This document shows, in pieces, positions 51,376 through 59,861 of a stretch of DNA of 64,000 nucleotides. Each line of letters starts with the position of its first letter. Position 1 is the stretch's first letter. The position numbers were made by a program, and so were the translations under genes. The stretch comes from Staphylococcus phage vB_StaM_PB50, in the sequence record OR770614.1; one strand, given 5' to 3'. The notes below the pieces were generated by a model, which saw only the letters and a list, made by a program, of their open reading frames with translations, made no database searches and was not told where the DNA came from.

Positions 51376-51543
51376 TTATTTTAATTTAGCGAACGGATGT
51401 TCAAAAGTTATTTCTGAAGCTCTTTTAAAAACTTGTTTTTCCATTTCTTTTTGCATAGACATTTCTTCAATCTTGTCTAAAACAACTCCCATCACAATTC
51501 CTAATCCAAATCCTGCTAATAATTTCAATAATAATTTTGTCAT
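51376..51543 (-). CDS. small single-TM peptide, cassette copy A
   Basis: Start at MTKLLLKLLAGFGLGIVMGV (GGAGG RBS); ...QKEMEKQVFKRASEITFEHPFAKLK; paralog of 52716-52883. Confidence 0.45.
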   Translation of the reverse strand: MTKLLLKLLAGFGLGIVMGVVLDKIEEMSMQKEMEKQVFKRASEITFEHPFAKLK

Positions 51544-51565
51544 AATATATTCCTCCATTAATTTT

Positions 51566-51622
51566 ATGAAGAAAGAGTTAATGATAATCTCTTTCTTCAT
51601 AATTATAATATATGCTTATTTT
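51566..51622 (-). promoter_or_regulatory. early-type promoter motif + leader hairpin
   Basis: Minus strand TAAGCATATATTATAATTATGAAGAAAGAG..CTCTTTCTTCAT then AATTAATGGAGG. Confidence 0.4.
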
Positions 51623-51639
51623 ATTATACGTTACGCTTT

Positions 51640-52287
51640 TTAAAATTCAACTGATTTACTATTAATTAATTGATCTACAATAATATCAATATCTCTTCCA
51701 AAATATTCTTCTATTAATACATTATCCCATGTTACATAATTTTTATCTTCAAAATATTCAATATCAATATCCATATAGACTAGCTCGATAATTAATTCTC
51801 TAAGATCTTCAATGTTATTAACATTTTCTATTTCGTTATTTTTTAAAGTTTTTTGTATAATGTAAAAATAATATAGACCATTTTGTTGTTCAGGTTCTTC
51901 ATTATTAAGTTGGATAATTTGATTACATAATCTTATAATATGTTTATGAGTTAATTTCCAATCTTCTTTGTTTAATAAAGATATTGTATTCTCTTCTACA
52001 ATATTTCTAGGATTTAGAATTTCATTATTCATGATTCTCATTAAGAATTTCAAAGAATCATTAACTGAAATTACATCTAATCTACTTAATTTTCCATTAT
52101 ATTTTTCAGTATTTAATTCTTTTTCTTTTTCTAAAAATAACTTAACAAATTCATTTCCTTTAACTATATGCTTTTGATCTCCTAAAAATGCTAAATCAAT
52201 ATAATCTATAGCTTTTTGATATGAATCTTTAATTCCTGAAAATTCTAAATTTGACTCTTTTAAATTACTTTTATTTATTTTTAACAT
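51640..52287 (-). CDS. hypothetical protein
   Basis: Track ORF to 52407 overlaps upstream gene; start at MLKINKSN (52287) has AAAGGAGAAATAATT RBS. Confidence 0.4.
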   Translation of the reverse strand: MLKINKSNLKESNLEFSGIKDSYQKAIDYIDLAFLGDQKHIVKGNEFVKLFLEKEKELNTEKYNGKLSRLDVISVNDSLKFLMRIMNNEILNPRNIVEENTISLLNKEDWKLTHKHIIRLCNQIIQLNNEEPEQQNGLYYFYIIQKTLKNNEIENVNNIEDLRELIIELVYMDIDIEYFEDKNYVTWDNVLIEEYFGRDIDIIVDQLINSKSVEF

Positions 52288-52300
52288 AATTATTTCTCCT

Positions 52301-52609
52301 TTATTGTTCTGAATTATTGAAAATTGCGTGTTTCTCTTGTTTCTGATATTTTCTATGAAGTCTACCTGCTTTAGAAAATTCATCTGATCCTTTGTAAATA
52401 TTATCATTATTCTGATCTTTAACTCTCGCTATATGTTTTTCTCTATCGAAAGTTTTTTCATCTTTTTCTAGTTCATTAATTTCTTTAATTAATCTTTCTT
52501 TTTCTTTATGAAGTCTTTCTCTTATAGTGAATGATCTGTTTATTCCTATATTTGAATATACAGTTTTTAATTCTTTTCTTAACTCTACTAATTTATTTTT
52601 GTTATTCAT
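52301..52609 (-). CDS. coiled-coil protein with KAGRLH...EKH motif, cassette copy B
   Basis: 102 aa; SDEFSKAGRLHRKYQKQEKH versus SDYAKAGRLHQSFQSKEEH in copy A. Confidence 0.4.
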   Translation of the reverse strand: MNNKNKLVELRKELKTVYSNIGINRSFTIRERLHKEKERLIKEINELEKDEKTFDREKHIARVKDQNNDNIYKGSDEFSKAGRLHRKYQKQEKHAIFNNSEQ

Positions 52610-52625
52610 TGATTTTTAGCTCCTT

Positions 52626-52690
52626 TTTATTGTTGGATCATAGAAAATTATAGACCTAATGAACTTGATACATTATATTCATTAAGTCTT
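52626..52690 (-). promoter_or_regulatory. hairpin + TTTTCTATGATCCAACAA motif, copy 3
   Basis: Near-identical to 51176-51240 over ~40 nt. Confidence 0.4.
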
Positions 52691-52715
52691 TAAAACAGTT
52701 ATCCTCTTTCCTCCT

Positions 52716-52883
52716 CTATCCTAAATTAGAAAACGGATGTTCAAACGTTATTTCTGAAGCTCTTTTAAGAACTTGTTTTTCCATTTCCTTTTGCATAATT
52801 AATTCGTCAATCTTATTGTTAATTACTCCTAATACGATTCCTACACCAAATCCTACCAACGTTTTCAATACTAAGTTTTTCAT
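52716..52883 (-). CDS. small single-TM peptide, cassette copy B
   Basis: Start at MKNLVLKTLVGFGVGIVLGV (GGAGG RBS); ...QKEMEKQVLKRASEITFEHPFSNLG. Confidence 0.45.
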   Translation of the reverse strand: MKNLVLKTLVGFGVGIVLGVINNKIDELIMQKEMEKQVLKRASEITFEHPFSNLG

Positions 52884-52905
52884 AATAATTCCTCCATTAA
52901 TTTTT

Positions 52906-52962
52906 ATTAGAAAGATAATTAATATTTTATCTTTCTTCATTATTATAATATATACTTATTTT
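52906..52962 (-). promoter_or_regulatory. early-type promoter motif + leader hairpin
   Basis: Minus strand AAGTATATATTATAATAATGAAGAAAGATAA..TTATCTTTCT then AATTAATGGAGG. Confidence 0.4.
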
Positions 52963-52970
52963 AGCATACA

Positions 52971-53606
52971 TTACGCTTTTTCTAAAACACCTAAATCATA
53001 TAAATGGTTAACCATAATATAAAATTCATCTTTATCTATATTTTTATTATTTGGTATCATTTCAAATAAATCATATTTATTTATATTAATAATATCTACA
53101 TTATCCTTATTTTTGTCTAAAACACGCTCTATGTGAATTGTATTATGCAATAGATTATTTAACTCAGGTAGATAAAAATAGATATTTTGATACTTACAAT
53201 TATCTGAATTTAACTCTATAATTAATTCATCTAGCTTATCTTTAATGTATTTGATAACTCTATCAAATGTACTACCATTTGTTAATTTAAAACCAGTAGA
53301 TCGAATTACTTCTTTAGTATCAAAAACATTAGATTTAACAATATTGTTTAACATCATTAAATCTTCTTTCAATAATTTGATATTTAAATTAGATTCATTA
53401 AAGTTGTTAGATTCTAATGCTTGGTATCTAGATTTTTCTAAATAATAAATAATGAAATTGTAATAATCTTTTAACGGTTTATAAGATATATATTCTTTAT
53501 TGATAATATCTCTATACTCATTTATTAGTTTTGTATAACTATCATCCGTTTTTATTTCTTTAACATTTGTTAATAGTTCATTGACTTTAATCATAATATA
53601 TTGCAC
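52971..53606 (-). CDS. hypothetical protein
   Basis: 211 aa ORF; conserved TTTTCTATGATCCA motif upstream. Confidence 0.4.
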   Translation of the reverse strand: MQYIMIKVNELLTNVKEIKTDDSYTKLINEYRDIINKEYISYKPLKDYYNFIIYYLEKSRYQALESNNFNESNLNIKLLKEDLMMLNNIVKSNVFDTKEVIRSTGFKLTNGSTFDRVIKYIKDKLDELIIELNSDNCKYQNIYFYLPELNNLLHNTIHIERVLDKNKDNVDIININKYDLFEMIPNNKNIDKDEFYIMVNHLYDLGVLEKA

Positions 53607-53617
53607 CTCTATATTTT

Positions 53618-53655
53618 TTATTTTTGGATCATAGAAAATTACATACCTAGAAAGC
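53618..53655 (-). promoter_or_regulatory. palindrome + TTTTCTATGATCCAAAAA motif, copy 4
   Basis: Minus strand CTAGCTTTCTAG then GTATGTAATTTTCTATGATCCAAAAATAAAAAATATAGAGGTG upstream of ATG 53606. Confidence 0.4.
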
Positions 53656-53881
53656 TAGATATAACATGTACTCGTATTTCAACTATTGATTTTACTATTG
53701 ATGTTAACGTTACAAGTGATATCGCTAATATAAGTTTTGTCCTTAAGCTTAATTTTCTTTTAAATATATAATTCTCTAAATAAGTAGATAAATATTTAGA
53801 AATTTCAAAAGACCCAAAAGCTATCGCTACTGGTATTAACGTATAATATAATAAAGCAATTATTATATCTAATATAAACAT
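53639..53881 (-). CDS. small membrane protein
   Basis: 80 aa, two hydrophobic helices, RBS GGAGATG. Confidence 0.35.
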   Translation of the reverse strand: MFILDIIIALLYYTLIPVAIAFGSFEISKYLSTYLENYIFKRKLSLRTKLILAISLVTLTSIVKSIVEIRVHVISSFLGM

Positions 53882-53904
53882 TAATTCATCTCCTTTTTAT
53901 TTAT

Positions 53905-53962
53905 TTAAGATATATCATTATATATTATATATCTTCATTATTATAATATATATTTAAATAAA
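53905..53962 (-). promoter_or_regulatory. early-type promoter motif + leader hairpin
   Basis: Minus strand TTTAAATATATATTATAATAATGAAGATATAT..ATATATCTT then AAAAAGGAG RBS. Confidence 0.4.
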
Positions 53963-53971
53963 TGATAATTA

Positions 53972-54020
53972 CGAAAAAAAAAATATTAGAGGTAATGATC
54001 AAATTAATGATCATTACCTC
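53972..54020 (-). terminator. rho-independent terminator (copy 2 of 48-nt unit, inverted)
   Basis: Reverse complement is 48/48 identical to 19619-19666 including the T10 tract. Confidence 0.6.
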
Positions 54021-54739
54021 AATTTTATTAATTCTTTTATTACTGTGTAAATATTAATATTGAAACCTTTAAATATAATTACAATCATATTCCATATTAA
54101 TAATAATATTTGAATTGATATAATTATATATTTTTCATTGACATTATTATTAATATTGTAATGTGATAATTCAAAATTTATTGTATTCATATTTAAAATT
54201 AGTATTGAAAATATTAATGGAAATAAAGAAAAGAATGAAGCAAAAGTAACTCTCATACTTTTATCTTTATATATTCCATAATCTGAAGAATAATGTAATA
54301 CCGTTATTATAAGTAGTATCATTACAAAAAACATAAATACTGAATTTAATATAGAAGAATCGGATATTAATAAACCAAATAAAAATATATTAGCAACAAT
54401 AAATATTCTTAAAATACTTTTCATTTTAATAAAACCAACAAATGCTAAATCTAATAATATATTAATAATTATTGCACTTAATATTACGATTAAAATGCTC
54501 CAATTCCATATTAAATTTCCATATGAAGATATATCATCAATTATAATTTGTAAAAATATTATTAATAATAAACTTAAATATACGGTAAAAGAAACTGGAG
54601 CAATATCATATATACTATTCTTTTTATCTTTTATATTCTTATAGGTATAAAAATAAAATGTAATATATATTGATATTAATAAGAAAGGTATATTTAATAT
54701 CAATGATATAAAATTTAATTTATTTATTAAATCCATCAT
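54014..54739 (-). CDS. polytopic membrane protein
   Basis: 241 aa, ~7 hydrophobic helices. Confidence 0.4.
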   Translation of the reverse strand: MMDLINKLNFISLILNIPFLLISIYITFYFYTYKNIKDKKNSIYDIAPVSFTVYLSLLLIIFLQIIIDDISSYGNLIWNWSILIVILSAIIINILLDLAFVGFIKMKSILRIFIVANIFLFGLLISDSSILNSVFMFFVMILLIITVLHYSSDYGIYKDKSMRVTFASFFSLFPLIFSILILNMNTINFELSHYNINNNVNEKYIIISIQILLLIWNMIVIIFKGFNINIYTVIKELIKLR

Positions 54740-54758
54740 AATTTAAAACACATTCTTT

Positions 54759-55376
54759 CTATTCTGATTTACTAAATTCATTAATAAAATTATATTCTTG
54801 ATCAATATCTTTAAAATATTCGTCTATAATTTTACTCTGTTTAGATAGTATATTAATCTCTGTTACACTTGGTTTAAGATTAAGAACTTTCTGATTCACT
54901 GTCTCTGATTTAAAAACATCATTTAAACGTTTATTCATAAGAGAAGTATCTATTTTAGAAATATATTCATTTAATTCAATTGTATCAATATCAACAGGTA
55001 TAATAAAGTATAAGTTAGTCTTAATTATTTCATTATCTTCTGTTTTATTTCCTGTATAAATAATATTAACTTTATCAACTGATTTTAAATCAGAATTCAT
55101 AATATTATCAATAATTTTAGCATTTGAATTTTTAAAGTCTTTATCAATATTATCTAGATAATTGTAAAATTCATTAAATCTAACGATATGACCTGTATGG
55201 AAATCAAATCTCATTTTAAATTGATTTTTTCCTTTTTTATTGAATTTAACAACTTCATTAATATCTTTTATATCATGCGTGTAATCTGGTTTAACCTTTT
55301 TATTAAATTCAAAATTAGACAATAATAAATAATTATTATTGTCTTTATCTTGAAATATTAGAAATTTATTTTTCAT
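54759..55376 (-). CDS. hypothetical protein
   Basis: 205 aa ORF. Confidence 0.35.
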   Translation of the reverse strand: MKNKFLIFQDKDNNNYLLLSNFEFNKKVKPDYTHDIKDINEVVKFNKKGKNQFKMRFDFHTGHIVRFNEFYNYLDNIDKDFKNSNAKIIDNIMNSDLKSVDKVNIIYTGNKTEDNEIIKTNLYFIIPVDIDTIELNEYISKIDTSLMNKRLNDVFKSETVNQKVLNLKPSVTEINILSKQSKIIDEYFKDIDQEYNFINEFSKSE

Positions 55377-55390
55377 AATTCATTTCACCC

Positions 55391-55918
55391 TTATCCGTTT
55401 TTAATTTTGTCAAATCCGTCTATTAATTTAAGTAATTTATATGACATTAATGTTACTGATAAATTATTATAAGTTGATACATAAAGTTCTTTAAGATCTT
55501 TATTATTAAATTCATCTTTATTAATTTTATTAATAATTTCATCTAAAGATGTTTCTAATATTAATACTGATTTATAATCATCTTTATTAATATTTGTTTT
55601 AATATCACTTGATGTTTTTAATAAAGTACTGATATTCTCTTTATCAGCTTCATTAACTTCATTATCTTTGAAGATATCAATTATATTATCTTCAATATTC
55701 TTTAATTCTTTTAGTGAATTATTAATATTGATACTTATATACATTTTATTATTTTCTAAATCTCTCTTATTACTGATATTCTCTAATATACCTTTTAAGA
55801 TATTCTTATTAGGAAATTCCTCCAATTTACTACTTGTTTGAAAATCTGTTAATTCTTTAAATATTTCTTCAAATGTAAAAATTTCTTGTTTGTTTGACAT
55901 ATCCATTTCACTCTCCAT
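55391..55918 (-). CDS. hypothetical protein
   Basis: 175 aa ORF; true start may be an internal Met (GGAGAGTG RBS spacing). Confidence 0.35.
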   Translation of the reverse strand: MESEMDMSNKQEIFTFEEIFKELTDFQTSSKLEEFPNKNILKGILENISNKRDLENNKMYISININNSLKELKNIEDNIIDIFKDNEVNEADKENISTLLKTSSDIKTNINKDDYKSVLILETSLDEIINKINKDEFNNKDLKELYVSTYNNLSVTLMSYKLLKLIDGFDKIKNG

Positions 55919-55924
55919 TTTAAT

Positions 55925-55988
55925 AATTTAATATAGGTAATGAGCGTTATAATATTTGCTCATTACCTATTTATAATATATATTTATT
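55925..55988 (-). promoter_or_regulatory. early-type promoter motif + leader hairpin
   Basis: Minus strand AAATATATATTATAAATAGGTAATGAGC..GCTCATTACCT. Confidence 0.35.
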
Positions 55989-55990
55989 TC

Positions 55991-57052
55991 TTATTTAATA
56001 CTACTAAATAATATTGGATCTGATAATTTAATTCTTTCTTTAGGAACTCCAAAATCTTTTTCTTCTTCATGTAAATTGTAATAAATATTAGCATCATTAA
56101 GTTTAACTGCAATTGAATTGCCCAACATTCTATAACTTTTATAATCTGATAATTTAACATCTTTATCTGAATAAATATTTATATTCATATTAAGTAAACC
56201 TAATTTACTTAAATAATCAAATACAAATTTATATCCTTTTCCATTATTAGCTATAAATAAATCATTATCATTTATCTCCCTATTATGAATATGATTAAAT
56301 ATAGATATAATGTCAAAGAAACCTTCTGCTATATGAATGTTATACACATTTTGATCCAATGCCAAATTATTCGTGATTGAATAAAATCTATTACTTTCTT
56401 CTGCTAGATTTTTAAATATCTTTTGTTTAAAGTGTTTTCTACCAGTAACTTCATTAAACATTTTTCTACAATTTATAGTGTTTCTATCATTTAACATATA
56501 ACTAAAATAATTTTGATTTAATGTATTTATTTGAAGTTTATTATCTATATCAAAATTATTCTTTCTATAGAAATCATTTATATTTAATATTAGTTTATAT
56601 AAATCAATATCTGATTCACTAATATTAATTCCTAATCTTTCATTGATATAATTAATTTTTCCTATTTCTAATTCATTATATTGATCTGGATAGTAATCTA
56701 ATACTTTAGTATTTCTATCAATAAAACTTTTACCGTATTTTCTATTTAAGTTAGATAAGTAATTATTATATTCACTATTAATATAACTACCAATATCAGC
56801 TTGATTAGAGTTTAGCATTTCTAATACTTTACTATTCATAACTCCTGAAGCATTACATCTCTGACAGAAATATTTAAATGGTGTATTATTTTGAATATAC
56901 ATATGTGTTGATTTATTAGATTTTTTAGAATCACCACAAAATGGACATCTAACCATTGTTTCATCTTGAGAAGAAGTTAATCTACATGGATTAACATTCT
57001 GTTTTAAATGATGGTATAAAGTTAAATCGTATTTACTCATGTAGATTAACAC
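55991..57052 (-). CDS. DNA primase (zinc ribbon + TOPRIM)
   Basis: CPFCGDSKKSNKSTH...CQRC zinc-binding motif near N-terminus, later IAEGFFDIISIF (E-G-x-x-D TOPRIM). Confidence 0.5.
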   Translation of the reverse strand: MLIYMSKYDLTLYHHLKQNVNPCRLTSSQDETMVRCPFCGDSKKSNKSTHMYIQNNTPFKYFCQRCNASGVMNSKVLEMLNSNQADIGSYINSEYNNYLSNLNRKYGKSFIDRNTKVLDYYPDQYNELEIGKINYINERLGINISESDIDLYKLILNINDFYRKNNFDIDNKLQINTLNQNYFSYMLNDRNTINCRKMFNEVTGRKHFKQKIFKNLAEESNRFYSITNNLALDQNVYNIHIAEGFFDIISIFNHIHNREINDNDLFIANNGKGYKFVFDYLSKLGLLNMNINIYSDKDVKLSDYKSYRMLGNSIAVKLNDANIYYNLHEEEKDFGVPKERIKLSDPILFSSIK

Positions 57053-57066
57053 TTCTTTCTTTTATA

Positions 57067-57729
57067 TTATAATAAATTAATAATTTTTCGAGCAACTTTA
57101 TCAAAGATAGATTCTTGTTTTCCTGCTTTTTTAATATCTACATTATCACGATATTCTCTACCTGTTTCAGGATCTTTTTGAACATTTTGCATCTTATCTT
57201 TAATTTCTTTAGCTTTTTCTTCTGTTTTATTTTTAAGTCCTTCTGTAGCTTCTTTTGTTTTCTCTACTGTAGGTGATTCAACTACAGTTTCTACAGCTAA
57301 TTCTACTTTACTTGGTTTAACTTCATCTCCACGTAAAATTTTCTTGTATTCGTTAAATGTAGGATATCCTTCTTTAGCAAATCTATAATCTTCAGTTAAA
57401 TGTCCAAAATATTCAGCTCTACGAATATGAGTAATAGTGTGAGTTTTTCTTTCAATTCCATATTTCTCTTTAAATTCTTTTAAAATGTAAGTATTACCAT
57501 GTCCTTTATCGATTAAACCAGCAATAAAGTGAACTTGCTCTTTAGTTAATTTTGGTGTACCTTTAGTAGTTGTTTGTTTTTTAGTCATTTTTAAATCATC
57601 CTTTTTATTATTATTTTTTGGCAAATCTATAATTTTTTCGTTAATTGAGTTTTCTAATTTAATTTCTTTTTCTAACTTTTTCTTTTCTAACTTTTTTCTT
57701 TGTCGTTTATTCATGGTCAATGTCTCCAA
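57067..57729 (-). CDS. putative DNA-binding protein
   Basis: 220 aa, lysine-rich; LTKEQVHFIAGLIDKGHGNTYILKEF helix-turn-helix-like segment. Confidence 0.3.
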   Translation of the reverse strand: METLTMNKRQRKKLEKKKLEKEIKLENSINEKIIDLPKNNNKKDDLKMTKKQTTTKGTPKLTKEQVHFIAGLIDKGHGNTYILKEFKEKYGIERKTHTITHIRRAEYFGHLTEDYRFAKEGYPTFNEYKKILRGDEVKPSKVELAVETVVESPTVEKTKEATEGLKNKTEEKAKEIKDKMQNVQKDPETGREYRDNVDIKKAGKQESIFDKVARKIINLL

Positions 57730-57748
57730 TTATATTTATTTAATTTTC

Positions 57749-57943
57749 TTATCTATTTTTCTGACACTGTTTAGCTAATTCCCTCATCACCTTTGTTCTC
57801 TTTGCCCCTTTCTTTGCTACTGCTCTATTTCTCTTGTAATTTCTCACCATTTGATTTAGAATTTCTCTCATCTTTATCTTCTCCTTTATATAATAATAAG
57901 AATAACGATCTAATAAGACCGTTATTCTAAAAAATCTATTCAC
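57749..57943 (-). CDS. small basic protein
   Basis: 64 aa, K/R-rich; 8-nt overlap with RNAP beta-prime exon 2. Confidence 0.3.
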   Translation of the reverse strand: MNRFFRITVLLDRYSYYYIKEKIKMREILNQMVRNYKRNRAVAKKGAKRTKVMRELAKQCQKNR

Positions 57944-58133
57944 TAGCTTTAATATCTACATTTTTTGATTTAGGATTATTTAATAAATAAACAGCTATTT
58001 GTGAGTCTTTATTAAGTGAGTAAGTTCTATTAAACAATCCATCATTATATGAAATTAATTGGTTTACTGGATCTTGTACTTTTAATTGTTCGTATTGTTC
58101 TTCTGAAAATAGTGCTATGATATTTAAAGTATC
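57936..58133 (-). CDS. RNA polymerase beta-prime-like N-terminal fragment, exon 2
   Basis: DTLNIIALFSEEQYEQLKVQDPVNQLISYNDG aligns with beta-prime [33 protein letters not shown] directly after NADFDGD; begins right after intron terminal G at 58134. Confidence 0.55.
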   Translation of the reverse strand, partial: DTLNIIALFSEEQYEQLKVQDPVNQLISYNDGLFNRTYSLNKDSQIAVYLLNNPKSKNVDIKASE

Positions 58134-59861
58134 CATTTATCTTAACCTACATTTAATATATAGGATGAGACTATATCTTATGGTTTCCCATTTATATATT
58201 TAGTCGTTGAACCTTATAATTAGGATGCTGATTAGTTTCAAACTGTCCCAGCAATTAATATGATTTATTGAAGGCAATAAATCAATAAATTTTATAATTC
58301 ATTAAAATATTTCCGCTATTCCAAATTCGATAAACACCCGATTGTTTTTTAGGAAAATCTGAGTATTCCATGTTTTCATTAATGTAATTTGGAAAGTATT
58401 CTGGTATAATAGATTTTTCAAATTCATGAACTGAATAAATATTTCTTTTAAAAATTATTTTACATGTAGATTTTAATTCTTTAACATAATTAAAACCAAA
58501 ATCTTTGAAATATTTACCATCAGAATAATCTTTATTTATTATTAAATCTATTGTTTTTATATTGTTTCTTTTGAAATATTTAATTGAATTACTTAATAAT
58601 TTAAATAAACCACCATTTACAATTGTTTTATTACTAAAAGCAAATTTTTCTAATTTAACTTTATTCTTATTTATATAATTATATGACATAATTGCAATTA
58701 TTTCATCATTAATTTTTAATGAAAAATTAATATCATGAGAGGAATTTATATAGGTACTATTATTTTTATAGAAGTTTTTAGCGTCATAATCGTTAATTAT
58801 TTCAAAATTACATTCTCTAGCATTTATTTTCTTTTCTTGAAAATAATCTATAGAATACAATATCCTATTAATTATTAAATCTTTTTTAAACTCGTAATCT
58901 AATGAGTTAATAAAATATATTTCAATATCAAAATTATTTTTAAAAAAATCTTTCTTATGTTTATGATATTCTTTATTTTTCATTTTATCTGAATGATAAT
59001 AGTATCCATTAAATTCAAATCCTATTTTTTTATCTGGAAAGAATAGATCTACTTCATATATTTGATCATTAAAAGAGAATCTTTTGTTATTTAAAATAAT
59101 TCCTTTATATGATTCTTTTATATATTTTATTAATTCAATTTCTTGATTAGATTTAATATTTTTACAAAGAGGACATCTATATCCTTGTTGAAAGTCATTA
59201 ACTCTTACACTATAAATATTACCACATTTTTTATGTTTTATTGGATATTTTTCTTTATTATTGAATTTATAATTTAAATCCAACCATTCATATTCATTAC
59301 CATCTTTAGATTCAGATAATATTTTTATTAAATAATTTTCATCATCTTTATAATAATATTTACCTCTTTTTTTATTTGAACAAAAAGGACATCTTCTTTT
59401 CTTATTTCCCAAAAATAAGCGTGGTTCTACTTTATATTCATTTCCGCATATTTCATGTCTTAATAAAACTTTATCGCTACCATTTTTATTAAAACCTTCT
59501 ATATAAGTATAATCTTTATTTTCTTTTTTAATTTCTTCAAAAAAGTCTTTATCCGATATATTTTTATAATTTCTAGCTTTTTTATTCCCTTCATTTTTAA
59601 AACATTTCGGACATCTTCCTTTTCCTTCATTTAAGAAAATATTACCTTTAGATACTCTATATTCTTCACCACAAATTTTATGTTTTAAAATAAAAGGCTT
59701 TGAAGTTCCCTCATAATTGCTTATTAATTCATAATTATTATTATCTATATTTTTTATTTTGTTTATTACATCTTCTTCTGTTAATTTAGGTGGCATAAAC
59801 TCATCCTTTCAATTAATTATTAAGGAGGTTTATTTAAATTTATTTTTTATTGATAATTTTT
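58134..59861 (-). mobile_element. group I intron with homing endonuclease gene, inserted in beta-prime catalytic motif
   Basis: 5' splice after ...GADYDG (U at 59862); ORF 59796-58282; then P AATTGCTGGGAC, Q AATCAGCATCC, R GTTCAACGACTAAAT, S AAGATATAGTCTC and terminal G. Confidence 0.6.
58282..59796 (-). CDS. intron-encoded endonuclease (Zn-ribbon repeats + DUF559/Vsr-like domain + C-terminal extension)
   Basis: 504 aa; repeated C..C/H..C..C modules as in terL intron ORF; YEVDLFFPDKKIGFEFNGYYYHS nuclease-like segment. Confidence 0.5.
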   Translation of the reverse strand: MPPKLTEEDVINKIKNIDNNNYELISNYEGTSKPFILKHKICGEEYRVSKGNIFLNEGKGRCPKCFKNEGNKKARNYKNISDKDFFEEIKKENKDYTYIEGFNKNGSDKVLLRHEICGNEYKVEPRLFLGNKKRRCPFCSNKKRGKYYYKDDENYLIKILSESKDGNEYEWLDLNYKFNNKEKYPIKHKKCGNIYSVRVNDFQQGYRCPLCKNIKSNQEIELIKYIKESYKGIILNNKRFSFNDQIYEVDLFFPDKKIGFEFNGYYYHSDKMKNKEYHKHKKDFFKNNFDIEIYFINSLDYEFKKDLIINRILYSIDYFQEKKINARECNFEIINDYDAKNFYKNNSTYINSSHDINFSLKINDEIIAIMSYNYINKNKVKLEKFAFSNKTIVNGGLFKLLSNSIKYFKRNNIKTIDLIINKDYSDGKYFKDFGFNYVKELKSTCKIIFKRNIYSVHEFEKSIIPEYFPNYINENMEYSDFPKKQSGVYRIWNSGNILMNYKIY

